Position numbers and translations under genes: made by a program. A DNA stretch of 64,000 nucleotides from the human T2T-CHM13v2.0 reference genome, Homo sapiens, in NCBI RefSeq assembly GCF_009914755.1, contig NC_060925.1. One strand, 5' to 3'. Below the pieces are notes generated by a model. The model searched no databases and was not told where the DNA came from. It worked only from the letters and a program-made list of their open reading frames with translations. Below are positions 15,212 through 29,079 of the stretch, in pieces (position 1 is the first letter of the stretch; every line of letters starts with the position of its first letter).

Positions 15212-15568
15212 AAGTTAGTCGGCTTGGGCTGCTGTAACTAACATAAACTCTATGGTTCATAAACAGTGACCATTTATTTCTCACAGTTCTAGAGGCTGGG
15301 AAGTCCAAGATTAAGGTGTCAGCAGATTCAGTGTTTGGCAAGTGCCTACTTTCTTATAGATGATACTGACTCCATCCTCACATGGTAGGGCAGGGGAGCT
15401 CTCCTAAGCTTCCTTTATAATGGAACTTTATAACGACTCCCATGCATAAGGACTCCTTCTTCATAACCTAATCACCTCCCAAAGCCCTCACCTCCTAATA
15501 TTATCATGTGGACAGATGAGGATTTTAACATATCAATTTTGGGGAACACAAATGTTCAGACCATAGCA
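15212..15568 (-). mobile_element. MaLR solo LTR (MLT1A/A0-like)
   Basis: ttagtcggcttgggctgctgtaac...tttatttctcacagttctagaggctgggaagtccaagat...cctaatcacctcccaaag...ttcagaccatagca. Confidence 0.85.
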
Positions 15569-16274
15569 AAGATTTTTTTCAAGAACTGACTTATTGTACT
15601 CAGTATATGATTTAATTAATAAAAACAATGTTTACATACAAATTAAATAATACAATTCTATATACATTAAAATATGTCCCTTTCATTGTTGACTGTTTAT
15701 TGTCATTAGGAAATAAGCTTTAGGGGGACAATAAGCATAAACCAAAAGAGTGCTGTAGATACTTTTAATTGAACAATTGGTTGGTAAAGTCATCTACAAC
15801 TTAAACACAGAAGAAAGGAAACACATGGTTTTAAGCAGAAAGATGACAAGAAGGTAGACAGAAGGATGGATTATGTGATAGGTAGATGAATCAAAGGATG
15901 GATGGACACATACATATATTAAAACATTATAATTCTGGTAGGAAGTGTGTGTTGATTACATCATTGTCTACAAAATCCTGTCTTCTCTTTCAATGTCTTT
16001 GGAGCGAGGGAGAGAGAAAGAATGTTATCCAAATATCAAGTGATCTAAACATGTCCCTTATGCTAAGCTTATGCTTATTAGTCAGAATCAAATTTGCTCC
16101 TTAAAATCTCACAAAACAACATTTAAGAATACTGTCAGATTTTATTGTATCAATTGATGGAGCATCTAGTTACTGAGCATCTTAGGTCATTATTATTGTT
16201 TAATTAACTGATGTAATAGGGCTGGTAATGTATCATTTTTAAAAGGTTGGCGGATGCCTTGATTATAACATATA

Positions 16275-17591
16275 CAATCATGCACCACAAAACATTTCAG
16301 TCAACAACAAACTGCATATACAAGAGTGATCCCATTAAATTATAATACAGCTGAACATTTTCTATTTTAAAATAGAAATTTAAACAATTTTAAACATAGG
16401 AGTTTAAAAAATTTAAAAATACAGCTGAAAAATTTATATTTTAAAAATTCCTAGTGAGATCATAAATGCTATAATGTTGTAGTGCAATGCATTATTCATG
16501 TGTTTGTGGTGACACTGTATAAACAAACCTACTAGGTGTCAGTCATATAAAAGCATAGCACGTGTAATTGTGAACAATAGCTAATACTTGGTAATGATAA
16601 TAAATGGCTGTTACTGGTTTATGTATTTACTTTACTACACTTTTTATGGTTAGAGTGTACTTCTATTTATATAAGAAATGAACTCTATACCAGCCTCAAG
16701 TAGGTCCTTCATGAGGTATTCAGAAGAAGGTATCCTTATGATAGAAGATGATGGTTCCATGTGTATTATTACTCCTGAAGACCTTTCAGTGGGACAAGAT
16801 ATGGAGGTAGAAGACAGTGATATTGATGATTCTTACTGCTTGTGTAAGCCTAGCTTTGTTTTTTTGTGTAAGCCTAGTGTGTGCTTGTGTCTTAGTTTTT
16901 AGCAGAAAAGTTTACAAAGTAAAAAAGTAAAATAAAAGAAAAATCTAAAAGTAGAAAATAGCATATAGAATAAAGATATATGAAAAAATGCTTTCGTATG
17001 GCTGAACAATATGTTTGTGTTTTAACCTAAGTGTTATTATAAAACAACCAAAAAGTCAAAATTATTAAGTAGTTTATAAAGTAAAAAAGTTACAGTAAAC
17101 TAAGGTTAATTTATTATGAAAGGAAAAATATTTTTAAGAAATAAATTTAGGGTAGTCTAAGTGTACAATGTTCATATAAAGTCTACAATAATGTATAGCA
17201 ATGTTTTAGGCCTTCACATTCCCTCACTGACTCACCCAGAGCATCTGACAGCCCTTCAAGTTCTATTCCTGTTAAATAGCCTGTATAAGTGTACCATTTT
17301 GAAATCATTTATACCATATTCTTACTGTTCCTTTTCTATGTTTAGATAATGTTTATATATACAAATACTTACCATTGTGTTACAATGGTCTACAGAATTT
17401 ATTACAGTAACATGCTGGACAGGCTAGTAGCCTAGGAGCAATAGGGTATCCTATATAGCCCACTTATATACTAGGCTATATCATCCAGATTTGTGTAAGT
17501 AAACACTATGTTATTTGCAGAACAATGAAATGGAAATTGCCTAATGATGCATTTCTCAGAGCATATCCCCATTGTTAAATACACATCACTG
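16275..17591. mobile_element. Tigger3b (Tc1/mariner-pogo non-autonomous DNA transposon)
   Basis: Begins after TA with caatcatgcaccac...cagtcaacaacaaactgcatatac; ends gcatttctcagagcatatccccattgttaaatacacatcactg; internal gtgggacaagatatggaggtagaagacagtgatattgatg; ~1.3 kb. Confidence 0.85.
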
Positions 17592-20019
17592 TTGTTTCCT
17601 TTGGAGATTTTTAGCATCCTTGCATAGTATCTTCCTAACAGATAAATATATTTCGATGCAATAGTCAATGCCACAGTTTTATTTTTCCTTTAGAAATAAA
17701 AATGTTTCTGAAATATTTGCAATTTTCAAAACTATAAAGTACACCAAAGAGCTCAAGATATCATCTACTCATTCAAGAAAGTCTCTTTGAAGAAGTTTTG
17801 AAGTGCCCCACTACGAGTTGTACCATAGAAGATGCTCTACTTCTAAAATTGGTAACAAAATCAAATAGTCATTTCTCAAGACACATATAGGCAGCAAAAT
17901 ATATTTTAATGTAAACCTCTCCCTAGAAACACATTGCTGGCATGACACAGTTTAAACTCAATACTAATTTCAAACTCCATCTGATTTTTAATAGCTTAGT
18001 TTTATGTTTAAAGTATGGATTCAATTCTGACCCTCTTAAAACAATGCAGGGTACCCCTAATAAGTATTCTGTGTGAATAAATAAGCTACTAGGGAAACTA
18101 TTTCAATCAGGTCGACTTTTTGTTGAAGTAACATTTTCCATTCTGCTAAAGTTCAACTGATGTTGACTTCACTGAATGGCTGTTGGGAAATTGCCCTCGG
18201 AGCTTTATCTGGAACTGCTACCGTCTTAGTAATGAAATGTTGTATTGTGAAAGTCACACTCACAGTGTTGATTCTGTTCCTAAGTGACATTGTTGGAGCA
18301 TAACATCCCTTTAGTTACCTACCTGACAAGTTGTCTATTTAACGGAGAAAAAATGATCTGACTATGATTGATGGTACAGCTGCCCCTTCTCAGTGATGGG
18401 GAAAATAAGCTGAGTCAAAACAGATCTAGCTACACCCGGGCCTGTGTGCAGTGCTGTTTCCTCATTTCTCTTCATTTGGATACGAAGGCTTTCCTTTGAG
18501 GGTATATTCCCACAGTCTCCAATCTACCAACCACTGTGCTTATTGCTTTCTTCTTTTCACTTTGAAACTGTTTTAGAGGCATTATTCTGCTCTGGTCAGC
18601 ATTGGAGCAAAGCTTTTCATACATTTTTAGATACGTGCTCTCTAGGTCAAGGACAACAATGTTGAAAATTAGAGTCCTTGGTAAGGAGTACTTAGTGAAC
18701 TATTTACATTTTGGCTACAAGTTTCTTCTGATCTCTGAAGCTGACTTGGTTTCTTTCTTTTCTTTTTTTCAAGTTACTGAAGTAAATGTTCCTTTGGATA
18801 CTGGCTTTATAATTATCGTGACATATGATAAAATTGGAATCTCTAAGGATATAAAAACTTGTCCTGAAGCCAGGGTTCAAGCTCCCAAAACTAAAATGTT
18901 TGACCATGTAGTCCCCTTTGCCTCAGGATCTTTTTTTTTTCTCATCTTTCTTTCTTTTGATTTTTTTTTTTTTCTGTTTGAGTAGATAGGTCAGCATGTC
19001 CTTTAGCAACAAAGGCTAAAAGGAAAATAGCGTAATAAAAAATAGCCAGTTGATGCATTTACACTTATTTCTCATTGAGGACAGTGTTCAGGGGATAGGG
19101 GTCACTATGGTAATGAGTACAAAAGATTCATGGAGACTCAAAAAATGTAATCCAAATAGCCACAAAGGGTATAATACCATATATTAAAATAGGCACTTGT
19201 TGGTAAAAACGATTTTACTGAAAAATTATATATAACATAGTTGTGTTTCTTTTTGATTTTAATTCATTTAAATTCAAGAGCAGCAATCAGAAGACCCGGG
19301 ATTTATATCAGAGTTCATGGAAGTGTGCATTGTATTCAAATGCACACACATAAAACTAGCCTGTGAGAACCCTGGTGAAGTAAAATAAAAGTTATTCCAT
19401 CATACACAGAATTTGAAATGATTTTGGAAATATATCACCATACTGAAGAAAATAAATCAGAACATAAAAATTAGAAAAGATAAACTAAGAAAATGTATTA
19501 TTCTGTATCTCACTTGGACCCCACTGAACAAGTATAACAAAGAACATCGTGAAAGAATATTTGCAAAAGCATCCCTATTTGCAAAAATCTCAAAGAAAAT
19601 TAACATACCTATATTTTTGTGAACCTTATTAGATCAATACCTGTAAACATAGCTTCTGACTTGTGAGTTAACTATATTATTTATTTACAAATGAGAGACA
19701 AATAGAAAGAATTCCTTGTGTTGTCTTCCCTAGGCAAAACAGAAAACCCGTCCAGAAGCAGTAATCTCTATAAACAAAGAGACAAATAAAAATACCAGGT
19801 GGAATATGCCCTTGATTTGTGAAAATATCCCAAGCAATATTGCCATAAAAGTAAATGTATTTTTCATCCAAAATGAAAAATCATATTCTTTCTAGTTACC
19901 CTAGCCTTAGGGACCCACATACATTGCATCATTCTTCATCTTTTATTGGTATGAAAAATAGGTAGCACTTAAGTTTTACAATTTTTAGTCGTGTCTTTTT
20001 TTATATCAACATATGTGGT

Positions 20020-20400
20020 TTGTTTTAGGTAATACAAATACATCAGTGAGAAACAAGATGAAGCCTTTTCTTTTCTTTGAGATGCATAATTTAGTTGAGG
20101 GAGATATAGCAAACACGAAAAAATGAATACGTAGTTTGCCAGATGATGATAACATTATAATGAAAAAGGTATCATGAGAGGGGAAAGTATTGAAGTATAT
20201 TAATGATTTGTGTAAGCATGGTACTATTATTTATAATGTGATTGAGAATGTCCTTTATAATAAGTTGATATTAAAACAGTGAAGGAATAAGCCATATTTA
20301 TATACAGGGAATACCATACTAAGCAGAGGAAACAGAAAATTAAAAGGCCTTGAGGTGAGGGAATTCTTGTCATGTTTGAAAAACAATGAAAAAGTATGGC
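20020..20400 (-). mobile_element. L2 fragment
   Basis: gttttaggtaatacaaatacatcagtgag...aagcagaggaaacag...ggccttgaggtgaggg...catgtttgaaaaaca. Confidence 0.45.
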
Positions 20401-21914
20401 TAAGGAATTCCTGAATCTAATTATTCCTGAAGAGCCTATTCTCCCTGATACCTGCATGTAATATTATTTGGAAGGCATAGGACGTTGGCTGGACACACTC
20501 TACTGATGCTCCATTTTTTCCAAAGGTTTTATCACAAAAATTGTTGTCATACATGAGTCAAGGGCACAAATGGATAATAAAGAACATGTAATTAAACTGT
20601 GATACTGCAAAGGCTGAGTTTCTGCCGAAATAAAATTCAACATACAGCCTTGTTTTGGATCACTCCTCCTCTTTGTAGGTGATGTGCTTTTCATCATGAG
20701 CTGCCACACTCTTTAAGAGGACTTGCCTAACATGAGAATTACTAAAACCTTTGGAACTCATTGCAGCAGAATTAGTAGCCATCGTGTGGGCAGCTTAAAC
20801 GAATTTCAAATTCAGCCTCTTATTATAAAGGCTTTTCTTTAACTTAGCTGTTTCTCCCATACTTCCTGTTACAAGTTAAACTGGTAAAATGTGATGTACT
20901 GAATTCAAGATGTGGGCTGAGAGAAAGGGCCCATCTTTGAGTTTGAACTTTAAGCAAGTGACACCCCAAACCCGACAAATTCGTATTTTTAAGTCTTTCT
21001 TTTCTACTATGAAATTTTTTTATTTTGAAATTTGTTATTTAACTATTTACTCATTGACTCAACCAAATTTCATACAGTTTTCAAATATTTACCATGTGCC
21101 TAGCTCAGGGTGAGTTTGAGAGTGGAGGGTTGAAGGAGATAAAAAAAAATCTAGTAATTTAAAAAATAATTTTTTCTGAGATGATCATATTTATATATTC
21201 TACAGAAGTGGAGATTTATAATTTTAGCTGCAACATATGAAGGGCTTAGAATTCATCACTCCCACTCTTACAACAAGAGAAAATTGGACAAACTAAAATC
21301 AATGACTTTTCTTGGACCACTTAGAGAACTGAGGCTACAGGGCACACTAGATTCCTGAGAGTCACAACCAAGATAATCTTACCTGGGACAAAGTACCTCA
21401 AGCTACAAACTGGTAGAAAGAGTAAAATTGAAATTTTGACACATTTATGGAGCTTGAGTGCATACTGGCATGAGAATTAAAACAAAGAAAACAAAACAAA
21501 AAAACTCCTGAAAGTCATAGTCTTAGGGAAGGGCAACACTTTTTAGACTTTGTTTCCGGGAACATCACCTGGTCCCTATGGTTCAAATCTGAAGACCTCT
21601 CTTACAGCTCTGGCAGGAGAAGGGGAGGAGAAATCATTGCAAAATACAACAGATACTTCTTTATAGCAAAGGCCTACTATTCTGGGGAAAAGAATTTGCA
21701 GTGCTTTCTCCCAGTTAGGGAGATGAAAAGCCCTCCTATTAAAACCCTCCAGCCTTCCTATATTATCTAAAAGGGAGAAAACAATCAACAAGGGTAAGAG
21801 CTTCAGATAAATATATTGGGAATGTGGCCAAATAAATATGTTGGGAAAATGCAGGGGTTAGGAGGAAAAATCAACAACTATATTACTAAAGTAAAGGTTT
21901 AAAAATATTTAAAA

Positions 21915-22203
21915 GTCTTTATTTTTAGAGCATTTTAAAGTTCATGGCAAAATGAAGCAGAGTTGCCATATACTTCCTGCCCCTACACATACACAACTCT
22001 TCCATTATTAACATCTTGCATTGCAGTGGTATATGTGTTATAACTGACAAAGATGTATTAATATCAGTAGTACCCAAAGTCCATTGTTTACATTAAGGTT
22101 CACTTTTAGAGTTGTACACTCTGTGGGTTTTGACAAATGTGTAGTGATCTTTAACTACCATTGTAGTACCATAAAGAAGAATCTCACTGCTCCAAAAATT
22201 CTC
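21915..22203 (-). mobile_element. L1MC1/2-like 3' end inserted in the older L1
   Basis: ttttagagcatttt...cccaaagtccattgtttacattaaggttcactt...gttgtacactctgtgggttttgacaaatg. Confidence 0.75.
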
Positions 22204-22866
22204 AAAATACCATTGAAGATCATAATTCCAAAAATAAGTCTATGAAAAAAATGATGCTTTAATTGGAAGTTTACAGAATGTACTCATTTCTCCATACCTT
22301 ATCATTACACAAACAGGGCTCCATTACAATAACAGTGGATTATGGTGGAAGCACCTGCAATAGTTGTTCCAAGGAGGAGTATTCAGGGGTGCCCAAAGTC
22401 AACAGGTAAGACAAAAATAAAAGTACTGAAAGAATTTTAAGTCTGTGACAACTATAGCTATCGGAAACATTAGACAGAGACCACTGATAGCCGTATTAGC
22501 ATTGTTGTCACATAAAAGACCAATTAATTTCAGTTCCTATTACACATATGTGTCATTTACAACAAGATGTTATAAGAATGCCAACAGGCAAGAAAACCAA
22601 CAGTGTAGGAATAGACCAAACATCAGAATCAGACTACTGTAAAAGACATAATTTGGAATTAAATAAGAAATTTAAAATAACTAATGGCAAAGTAAACAAC
22701 ATAAAAAAACAGATGGGGAAGGTAAATAGACAGGTGAATATTCTAAGAAAAATATCAAAAAGAAGTACTAGCAACCAAAACACTGCAACAGAAATGAAAT
22801 GAAGAAATACCTTTGATGGGTTCAGCAGTAGGCTTAATATGGCTGAAGAGAGAATCAGTGAGGTTC

Positions 22867-22914
22867 AAATAGAAAATTCCCAAAATTAATTAAATAGAAA
22901 ATTCCCAAAATTAA
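22867..22914. repeat. 25-bp-period tandem duplication
   Basis: aaatagaaaattcccaaaattaa at 22867-22889 and 22892-22914. Confidence 0.9.
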
Positions 22915-23137
22915 AAATCATAGCGGGGAGAGGGAAAGAATGGAACCTCCAAGAACTATTGAGCAGTTCCAAAAGGTGTAACTGGAATGTCAGAAAGAGA
23001 ACAGAAAATAAATCAGAATTAATGTTTGATTCATAATGGCTAAAAGCTTTCCAAATTTAATGATGGATACAGAAAGCTGTCTCTAAAACAAGCAGGATAA
23101 ACAGCAAAATGAACGTGAAACGTCAAAACTTGGTGTA

Positions 23138-23532
23138 TGTATTAGTTTGGAGGGCTGGCATAACAAACTACCACAGACTGTGGGGCTTAAACAACATAAA
23201 TTTGTTTTCTCAGAGTTCTGGAAATAAAGGCAAGATTGGTTCCTTCTGATGACCATGATGGAAGGATCTGTTCCAAGCCTTTCTTTTGGGCTTACAGACA
23301 GCTTGCTTCTCCTTGTGTCTTCACATTATCCTTTTTTATTGATGTCTTTTAAAATTCCCCCTTCTCATTAGAGCTCCAATTATATTGGATTACAACCCAC
23401 CTGAATCACCTCATTCGAACTTAATTAGCTCTGTAAATTTTTTTTCTCCAAATAAAGTCACATTCAGAGGTACTGGGGTTTATAGGTTAAACATATAAAC
23501 TTGGAAGGGGGGGGACCAATTTAACCTATAAC
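23138..23532 (-). mobile_element. MaLR solo LTR (MLT1B-like)
   Basis: tgtattagttt...cataacaaactaccacagactg...ccaaataaagtcacattcagaggtactgggg...caatttaacctataac. Confidence 0.85.
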
Positions 23533-24558
23533 TACATACCATATTCAAGTTGCAGAAAACCAAAGGCAAAGAAAAAAATCTTGTAACAAGCCAGGGATGG
23601 GAGGACACTTTACTAGAAGAGAACAAATATAAGAACTACAAGGCATTTCTTGTCAAAAATTAGAAAAATACATAGAAAATATTTAATATTTTGAATAAAG
23701 CCCCTAGAATTATATAGCCAATAAAATTATTCTTCCTAAGTGAAGCAGAAATAAAGAATTACTCAGACACTCAAAAATAGGAAACTTTATCACTAGCAGA
23801 CCTGCCACACAATAAATTTTAACAGTTTTTTTAGCTGAAGACAAATAAGAGTGGCCATAAATGAATCTACATATAGGATTGCATAGCATCAAAGACAGAA
23901 TAGATTTAAAAAGTAATTTTGTGGTTCTTTATTTATATAATGATAATTGTTTATTAAAAACAATAATGGAAGTGATACATTGAATGATTCCAGTATACGA
24001 ATACATGAAGTGAATGATAGGAATTTCACAAGGGACAGAAAGTAGGAATTTGGGGATATTCTGTTATAAGATACCTATACTCTGTGTGAAGTGGTACAGT
24101 GTTATTTGAACAAGGAATTAGTTACTTAAAAAATGGATATCGTAAATGCTAGGGCAACCATGATCATTTTTAAGTATGATTGGTAAGCTAAGAGGAGTTA
24201 AAATAAAATGATATAAAATCCTCAATTAAAATCATAGAAGTCAAAAAATGAGAGAGAAAATAAGAAACAAGGAACAAAAGCAAACAACAGTAAACAGTCA
24301 CAAACATGGTCATCATTTATCTAGCTATATCAACAATTACTCTGAATGTGTAGAGTCTAAATATATCAGCTAAAAGATAGATCATAATTGTGGATTAATA
24401 AAAGAGATCCAACTATATGTTGTCCAAAATAAGTCAGATTTAAATATAAACATTCAGATAAATTAAAATAAAGGAATGGTGAAAGATATACCATGATAAC
24501 ATTAATTTTAAAAATGCTAAAATAACAATATTAATTTCATAAAAAAGGGGGGATGTTA

Positions 24559-24605
24559 CATTAAAAGTAATAGCAAAAACTGCAATTACTTTTGCACTGA
24601 CCTAA
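24559..24605. mobile_element. Half of a MADE1 (Hsmar1-derived MITE)
   Basis: cattaaaagtaatagcaaaaactgcaattacttttgcactgacctaa matches one MADE1 arm (...gcaaaaaccgcaattacttttgcaccaacctaa). Confidence 0.8.
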
Positions 24606-26026
24606 GATAATGATGAACAGTGCAATTATCAAACAAGACATAACAATGGAAAAAAAATACATGCATCTAACAACATAACATGAAAATATATGAGAAAAAA
24701 ACGTTAGAATTGAAAAAAGAGATGTAACCACTACTATAGAGCAACATCAACATTTGTCTGTCAGAAATTAACAGATTAAACAGGAAATAATATTCGGTAA
24801 AGATATTCGACAAAAGCAGTTTTTTTGGGGAAAAATCCTTGAAACAAGCAATAGTCAAGCATCCTAAGGTAAAATTATTTTCTCAGTAATATTAAAATAA
24901 ATATATCATAATTATACAGCATTATCTATTTATTATAGATAATTATTGAAGCAAATATATGGAGGGAAAAAAGTGGATATGAAAATAATCTCCCTCTACC
25001 ATTGTATACAGTCATTTAGAAGGGTATGAACTTTGGGAAACATGCTTTTCTTTGCAACAAATAAAATTCAAAGAATGATTAAAAAATAAGGCATAATAAT
25101 TTTATATATATGATATTTTCTAAATAACATATAATTTTAAAGAAATTTAATGTGTCTAGAGATTGAAATTTTATATATCTCAACTATGTATAGATATCAA
25201 AATACTTTCAACTTAATATGTACATTTTATTGAATGATTTTAAACTTTTAACATTAAAATTATCTATTTCATTTGTTAAATAGATCACTTTTGCATTCAG
25301 TAACCGAATCAGGGATGGTTTAGTAATTAAAATTGTTTTCCTGAAAAGTGCTACTACAATTATCATTAATTGTACTAGTTTATATTGGTAAATTATGAAT
25401 GAGTATTGAAAGTGAAAGCTGAAAAGACATTAAATTCAGGCACCTGTATTCTATGTCAAAGAACTTATTTTTCTTTGATATGACTTCAAAAGTCTTTCAT
25501 CTTCATACTTCACTGAGACTTAAAAGGACGTCATCGTGTGAGTGGAAATGTAAGTGACAGGTCTAATAAATTAGGAATATCCTTCTTACTACACTCCCCC
25601 TCATTTTTGACTGTGAAATTTCACTTCTTATTAAAATTTGTATTCTTCATAGTTGAATGGGAGTAACTGATTTTCTCTGAGTTGTATCTGCTTTAGAGAT
25701 GAGCTATGCCAATAATTCTACTACTGAATAATGTCACTCATCTTTTTCTTGGAGGAGCATAGAGTTCTCAACATTTTAGGTTGGTTGGCTCAAGTCTCTA
25801 AAGTCTCTAATGATTTAATAAATTACCTTTCAAATAACACACTTCCAATATTCTGGACCATTGTATGGATGACAGTCTTCTCTACAAATAGTAAGTTTAT
25901 GTACTTCTTTCTCTTCTTGAAATTTTAACAACTCATAATAGAAGATAAACTGAAACCAGTATTAAATACTCACACTAGAGGGAGTGAGGTTGCAGTATCT
26001 AGGCCTCTAGATAAATGGTTTTAGAG

Positions 26027-26295
26027 TAGTGTTTTACAAACTGTGTTTTGCAAAATCTACTTATTGGGCCTCAAACAACATTATAAAGTGAAATAAAATA
26101 GAACAGAAAATGATGGTATGAAATAGAATACAATTCAAATGAGAATGTATCACATCTAATCCATCTCAGTTTTTTTCTTTGTTTAGATATGTATGCATAT
26201 CTATTGTATACATATCTAATGGTGTGTACTTTGGGTCATAATGTAAAATACATTTTCTTACTATGAGTTGTAGACAAAAATTTTTGAAGCCATTG
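26027..26295. mobile_element. hAT-Charlie family MITE
   Basis: TIR-like tagtgttttacaaac ... tttgaagccattg; flanks ttttagag/ctctatat resemble the NTCTAGAN target; internal tgggtcataatgtaaaatacattttcttact. Confidence 0.55.
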
Positions 26296-27384
26296 CTCTA
26301 TATCATGTGCTATACCTCTAGCCTTTGCTCATTAGGCCTAAAATAAATTAGAAGAACATCTGGCTCTAGAAAACAGATATTAAAACAATATATAAAGTGC
26401 TAAATTTATTCATCAAATTTGTATTTTCTGGGAACGGCTTTTGTATAATATAGTAGGAGAAGTAAGGAAAGTTTTTTAAATGATAATACCCATAGGCACA
26501 TCGTGGTCTAGTATACACTTCTATGAATAGCATGGGGTGTTATAAAGTTTTCATTCATGTAATGTTTTATGAAAATAAATTTATCTTTCTGAATTTCAAT
26601 ATATTAGGCATCCTATGGGAATATTTCTTTTTTTTCTTGCTGCATGAGAAACTCATCAGATATTTAAAATAACAATATTGAATGACACTGCATAAAACTT
26701 CAATAAATATATTTGTATGTGTATTTAAAGTTACGCATACAATTTATCAAGAGTAAGCACCATTTTGATTAAGGCATTAACATCTTTTGATATACATCTT
26801 TTTAATAGTTAGTTATACTACTCTGAAAGGCAGCGGATTTCTTCACCAAGATCATATATCCTTCTGTCAAAATAAACCAAATTCTAAACTATTGCCAAGG
26901 TGAAGTTTGTCAAGTGTGGTGTTAAACCCAGAAATGAAACTGAGAGAACCGTATGCAATTCTCTAATTGAAAGAAATCATTCAGGCAAATGTAAATTTGA
27001 GGAAGAGCTAAGTTTTATTCAAATGGTGAAAAATGTGTTCAGAATCATAAAAAAAACAAGGCTAAAGGTATGTGATTTACCAAATATACGACTAATTTAA
27101 AATATTAGAAAAACTATACTTTAAAATATATATATTGTTTAGTTTGCTAAGCTGCAAAACAAGAAGCAGTCTAGGAACATTCTATTATTATCAATATTAA
27201 TATTAATTATCAATAATTATATTAAATTACTTTAATATTATTCAGAAATTTGCAACGTTTCTCATTCATTTTGAATTAAATTTGACTGAGGAAACAAAAA
27301 GTCACACTAGAAGTATTAGTTTTTCCTTCACAGATACAGTAATAATTTTTGCATGCAGAATTTCATTTGTTCTCTAACAGTTTT

Positions 27385-27683
27385 TTGTTTTTTTTTTTTG
27401 AGACAGAGTCCTGCTCTGTCGCCTAGGCTGTAGTGCAGTGGTGCAACCTTGACTCACTGCAACCTCCACCTCCCAGGTTCAAGCGATTTTCCTGCCTCAG
27501 CCTCCTGAGTAGCTGGGATTACAGGCGCCTGACACCATGTCCAGCTAATTTTTTTGTATTTTTAGTAGGGATGAGGTTTTGCCATGTTAGCCAGACTGGT
27601 CTCAAACTCCTGACCTCAAGTGATCCACCCTCCTCAGTCTCGCAAAGTGCTGGGATTACAGGTGTGAGCCACCGTGCCTGGCC
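27385..27683 (-). mobile_element. Alu, AluSx/Sz-like
   Basis: Full dimer; TSD ctctaacagtttt (27372-27384) / ctctaatcagtttt (27684-27697). Confidence 0.95.
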
Positions 27684-27796
27684 CTCTAATCAGTTTTGAT
27701 AAAATTGTCTAGTTGAAACAAGTATATATTATTACTATTACCTTTTTTATGTAAACACTTTAGAAACTAGTATCCCAAGATAAAATTATTAAATTC

Positions 27797-27891
27797 ACAT
27801 GTGTATATATATATGTGTATATATATATGTGTATATATATGTGTATATATATATGTGTATATATATGTGTATATATATATATGTGTATATA

Positions 27892-27930
<39 letters not shown>
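27797..27930. repeat. Compound (TA)n/(TG)n microsatellite
   Basis: (gtgtatatatat)n, then (gt)n, then (at)n. Confidence 0.95.
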
Positions 27931-27984
27931 TTGATGAATTAAAATTCTGTTAATTCTTTCATCCTGCAAAATAGATTAGTAGAG

Positions 27985-28212
27985 AAGAAGGCAGTATTAG
28001 TTTTCAGACATGACACATTTACAGTTGTGCAGCCTGAGTCAAGTTACTTGACTTATCTAAGCCAGATAATTCTTATGTATCAATGGCGGTCCTCATATTA
28101 CCTACCCCATTGTCTATTGTAAGAGTTAGATGAAATATATAATACAAAACAAATATTTAGAAATATTTGTACAATGTGAGAGACAAATAAACACTACAAA
28201 CTATTACTATTG
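27985..28212 (+). mobile_element. MIR
   Basis: tgagtcaagttacttgacttatctaagcc...tacctacccca...ttgtaagagttagatgaaat. Confidence 0.6.
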
Positions 28213-28699
28213 CTGCCATGGATTTTTTTGTGTATGTAGTTACATGTAGTTTTATTGTTTAACTCTGTGTGCTTCTGTTTTGATCAAGTGTATTTTGCAT
28301 ATTCATAATTTTGTCTATTTGACTTCCCTTTGGGAAATAAACAGAGAAAGGGTTTCCTTCTCCCTTTCTGATGTCAAAAGAGAAAGAGTTGAAGTCCACC
28401 CAAAATAATTTGATATCTTCATTATACCTTTTAACTTTATGTGTGGGAATATGTGTAATGATCGTGTCCAATATTACTTTTACTGTTAGATTAATATAAT
28501 GGCTTATCTACCACATAATGATAATCTTAGGAATTCCACCTTCCACATGCATGATGATGTGGACATGGAGAAATTTATGGCCAACTATGTTTTTACAATA
28601 TGATTACCTTCCTTAGATATTGTTACTTGACCTATAGGAGGAACCCTGACTACATTTTATCCAGTGAGTAATTTTCCCAGGAATTGTGAATTGAGGCCA

Positions 28700-29045
28700 A
28701 GAAACAATATATGCTTGGGTAGCTTGACCAGTAATACATAAGTTTAGAAGCTTGAATATAGAAAGTGTATACGTATGTGAGGTATGAGTTTTATATATAT
28801 ATATATAAAACTTTGTTGCCTGAAGAAACAGGAGACTCTTTTCCAAGTAGAGTAAATGAAATGGAGTTGATGAACCGGAAGTTACAAACTAGAGTTTTTA
28901 TACGGCCATTTAAACTGATATCCTGGTATGTTTCTGAGTACAACCCTATTCTTTTCCTTCCATTTCATGAATCATCCCTGTATCCTTAAAATGTACTCCA
29001 ACTTTAGCTTGATCCAATTTGATTCTGTTTTTGCAAAGCAAATAG
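28700..29045 (+). mobile_element. Possible old ERVL LTR (LTR33/LTR16-like) 3' part
   Basis: cctgtatccttaaaatgtactcc...agcttgatccaatttgattctgtttttgcaaagcaaa resembles old ERVL LTR ends. Confidence 0.3.
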
Positions 29046-29079
29046 AATGTCCACATAGCAAAGTCCTCTTTATACAGCA

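Larger units (their letters stand above)
21210..24830 (+). mobile_element. Ancient L1M 5' region (5'UTR, ORF1, start of ORF2 endonuclease), interrupted
   Basis: ORF1-like cctttgatgggttcagcagtaggcttaatatggctgaagagagaatcagtgag; ccctagaattatatagccaataaaattattctt; ORF2 start tatcaacaattactctgaatgtg (ISIITLNV-like); aagagatccaactatatgttgtc. Confidence 0.75.

Noticed and set aside
16678-16902. Acidic ORF (EDLSVGQDMEVEDSDIDD)
   Set aside because: Residual frame within Tigger3b; not a functional transposase.
18602-18985. 127-aa ORF with an internal pyrimidine tract and AG at ~18772
   Set aside because: No recognisable domain, ends in a T-run, and there is no convincing donor. Chance ORF.
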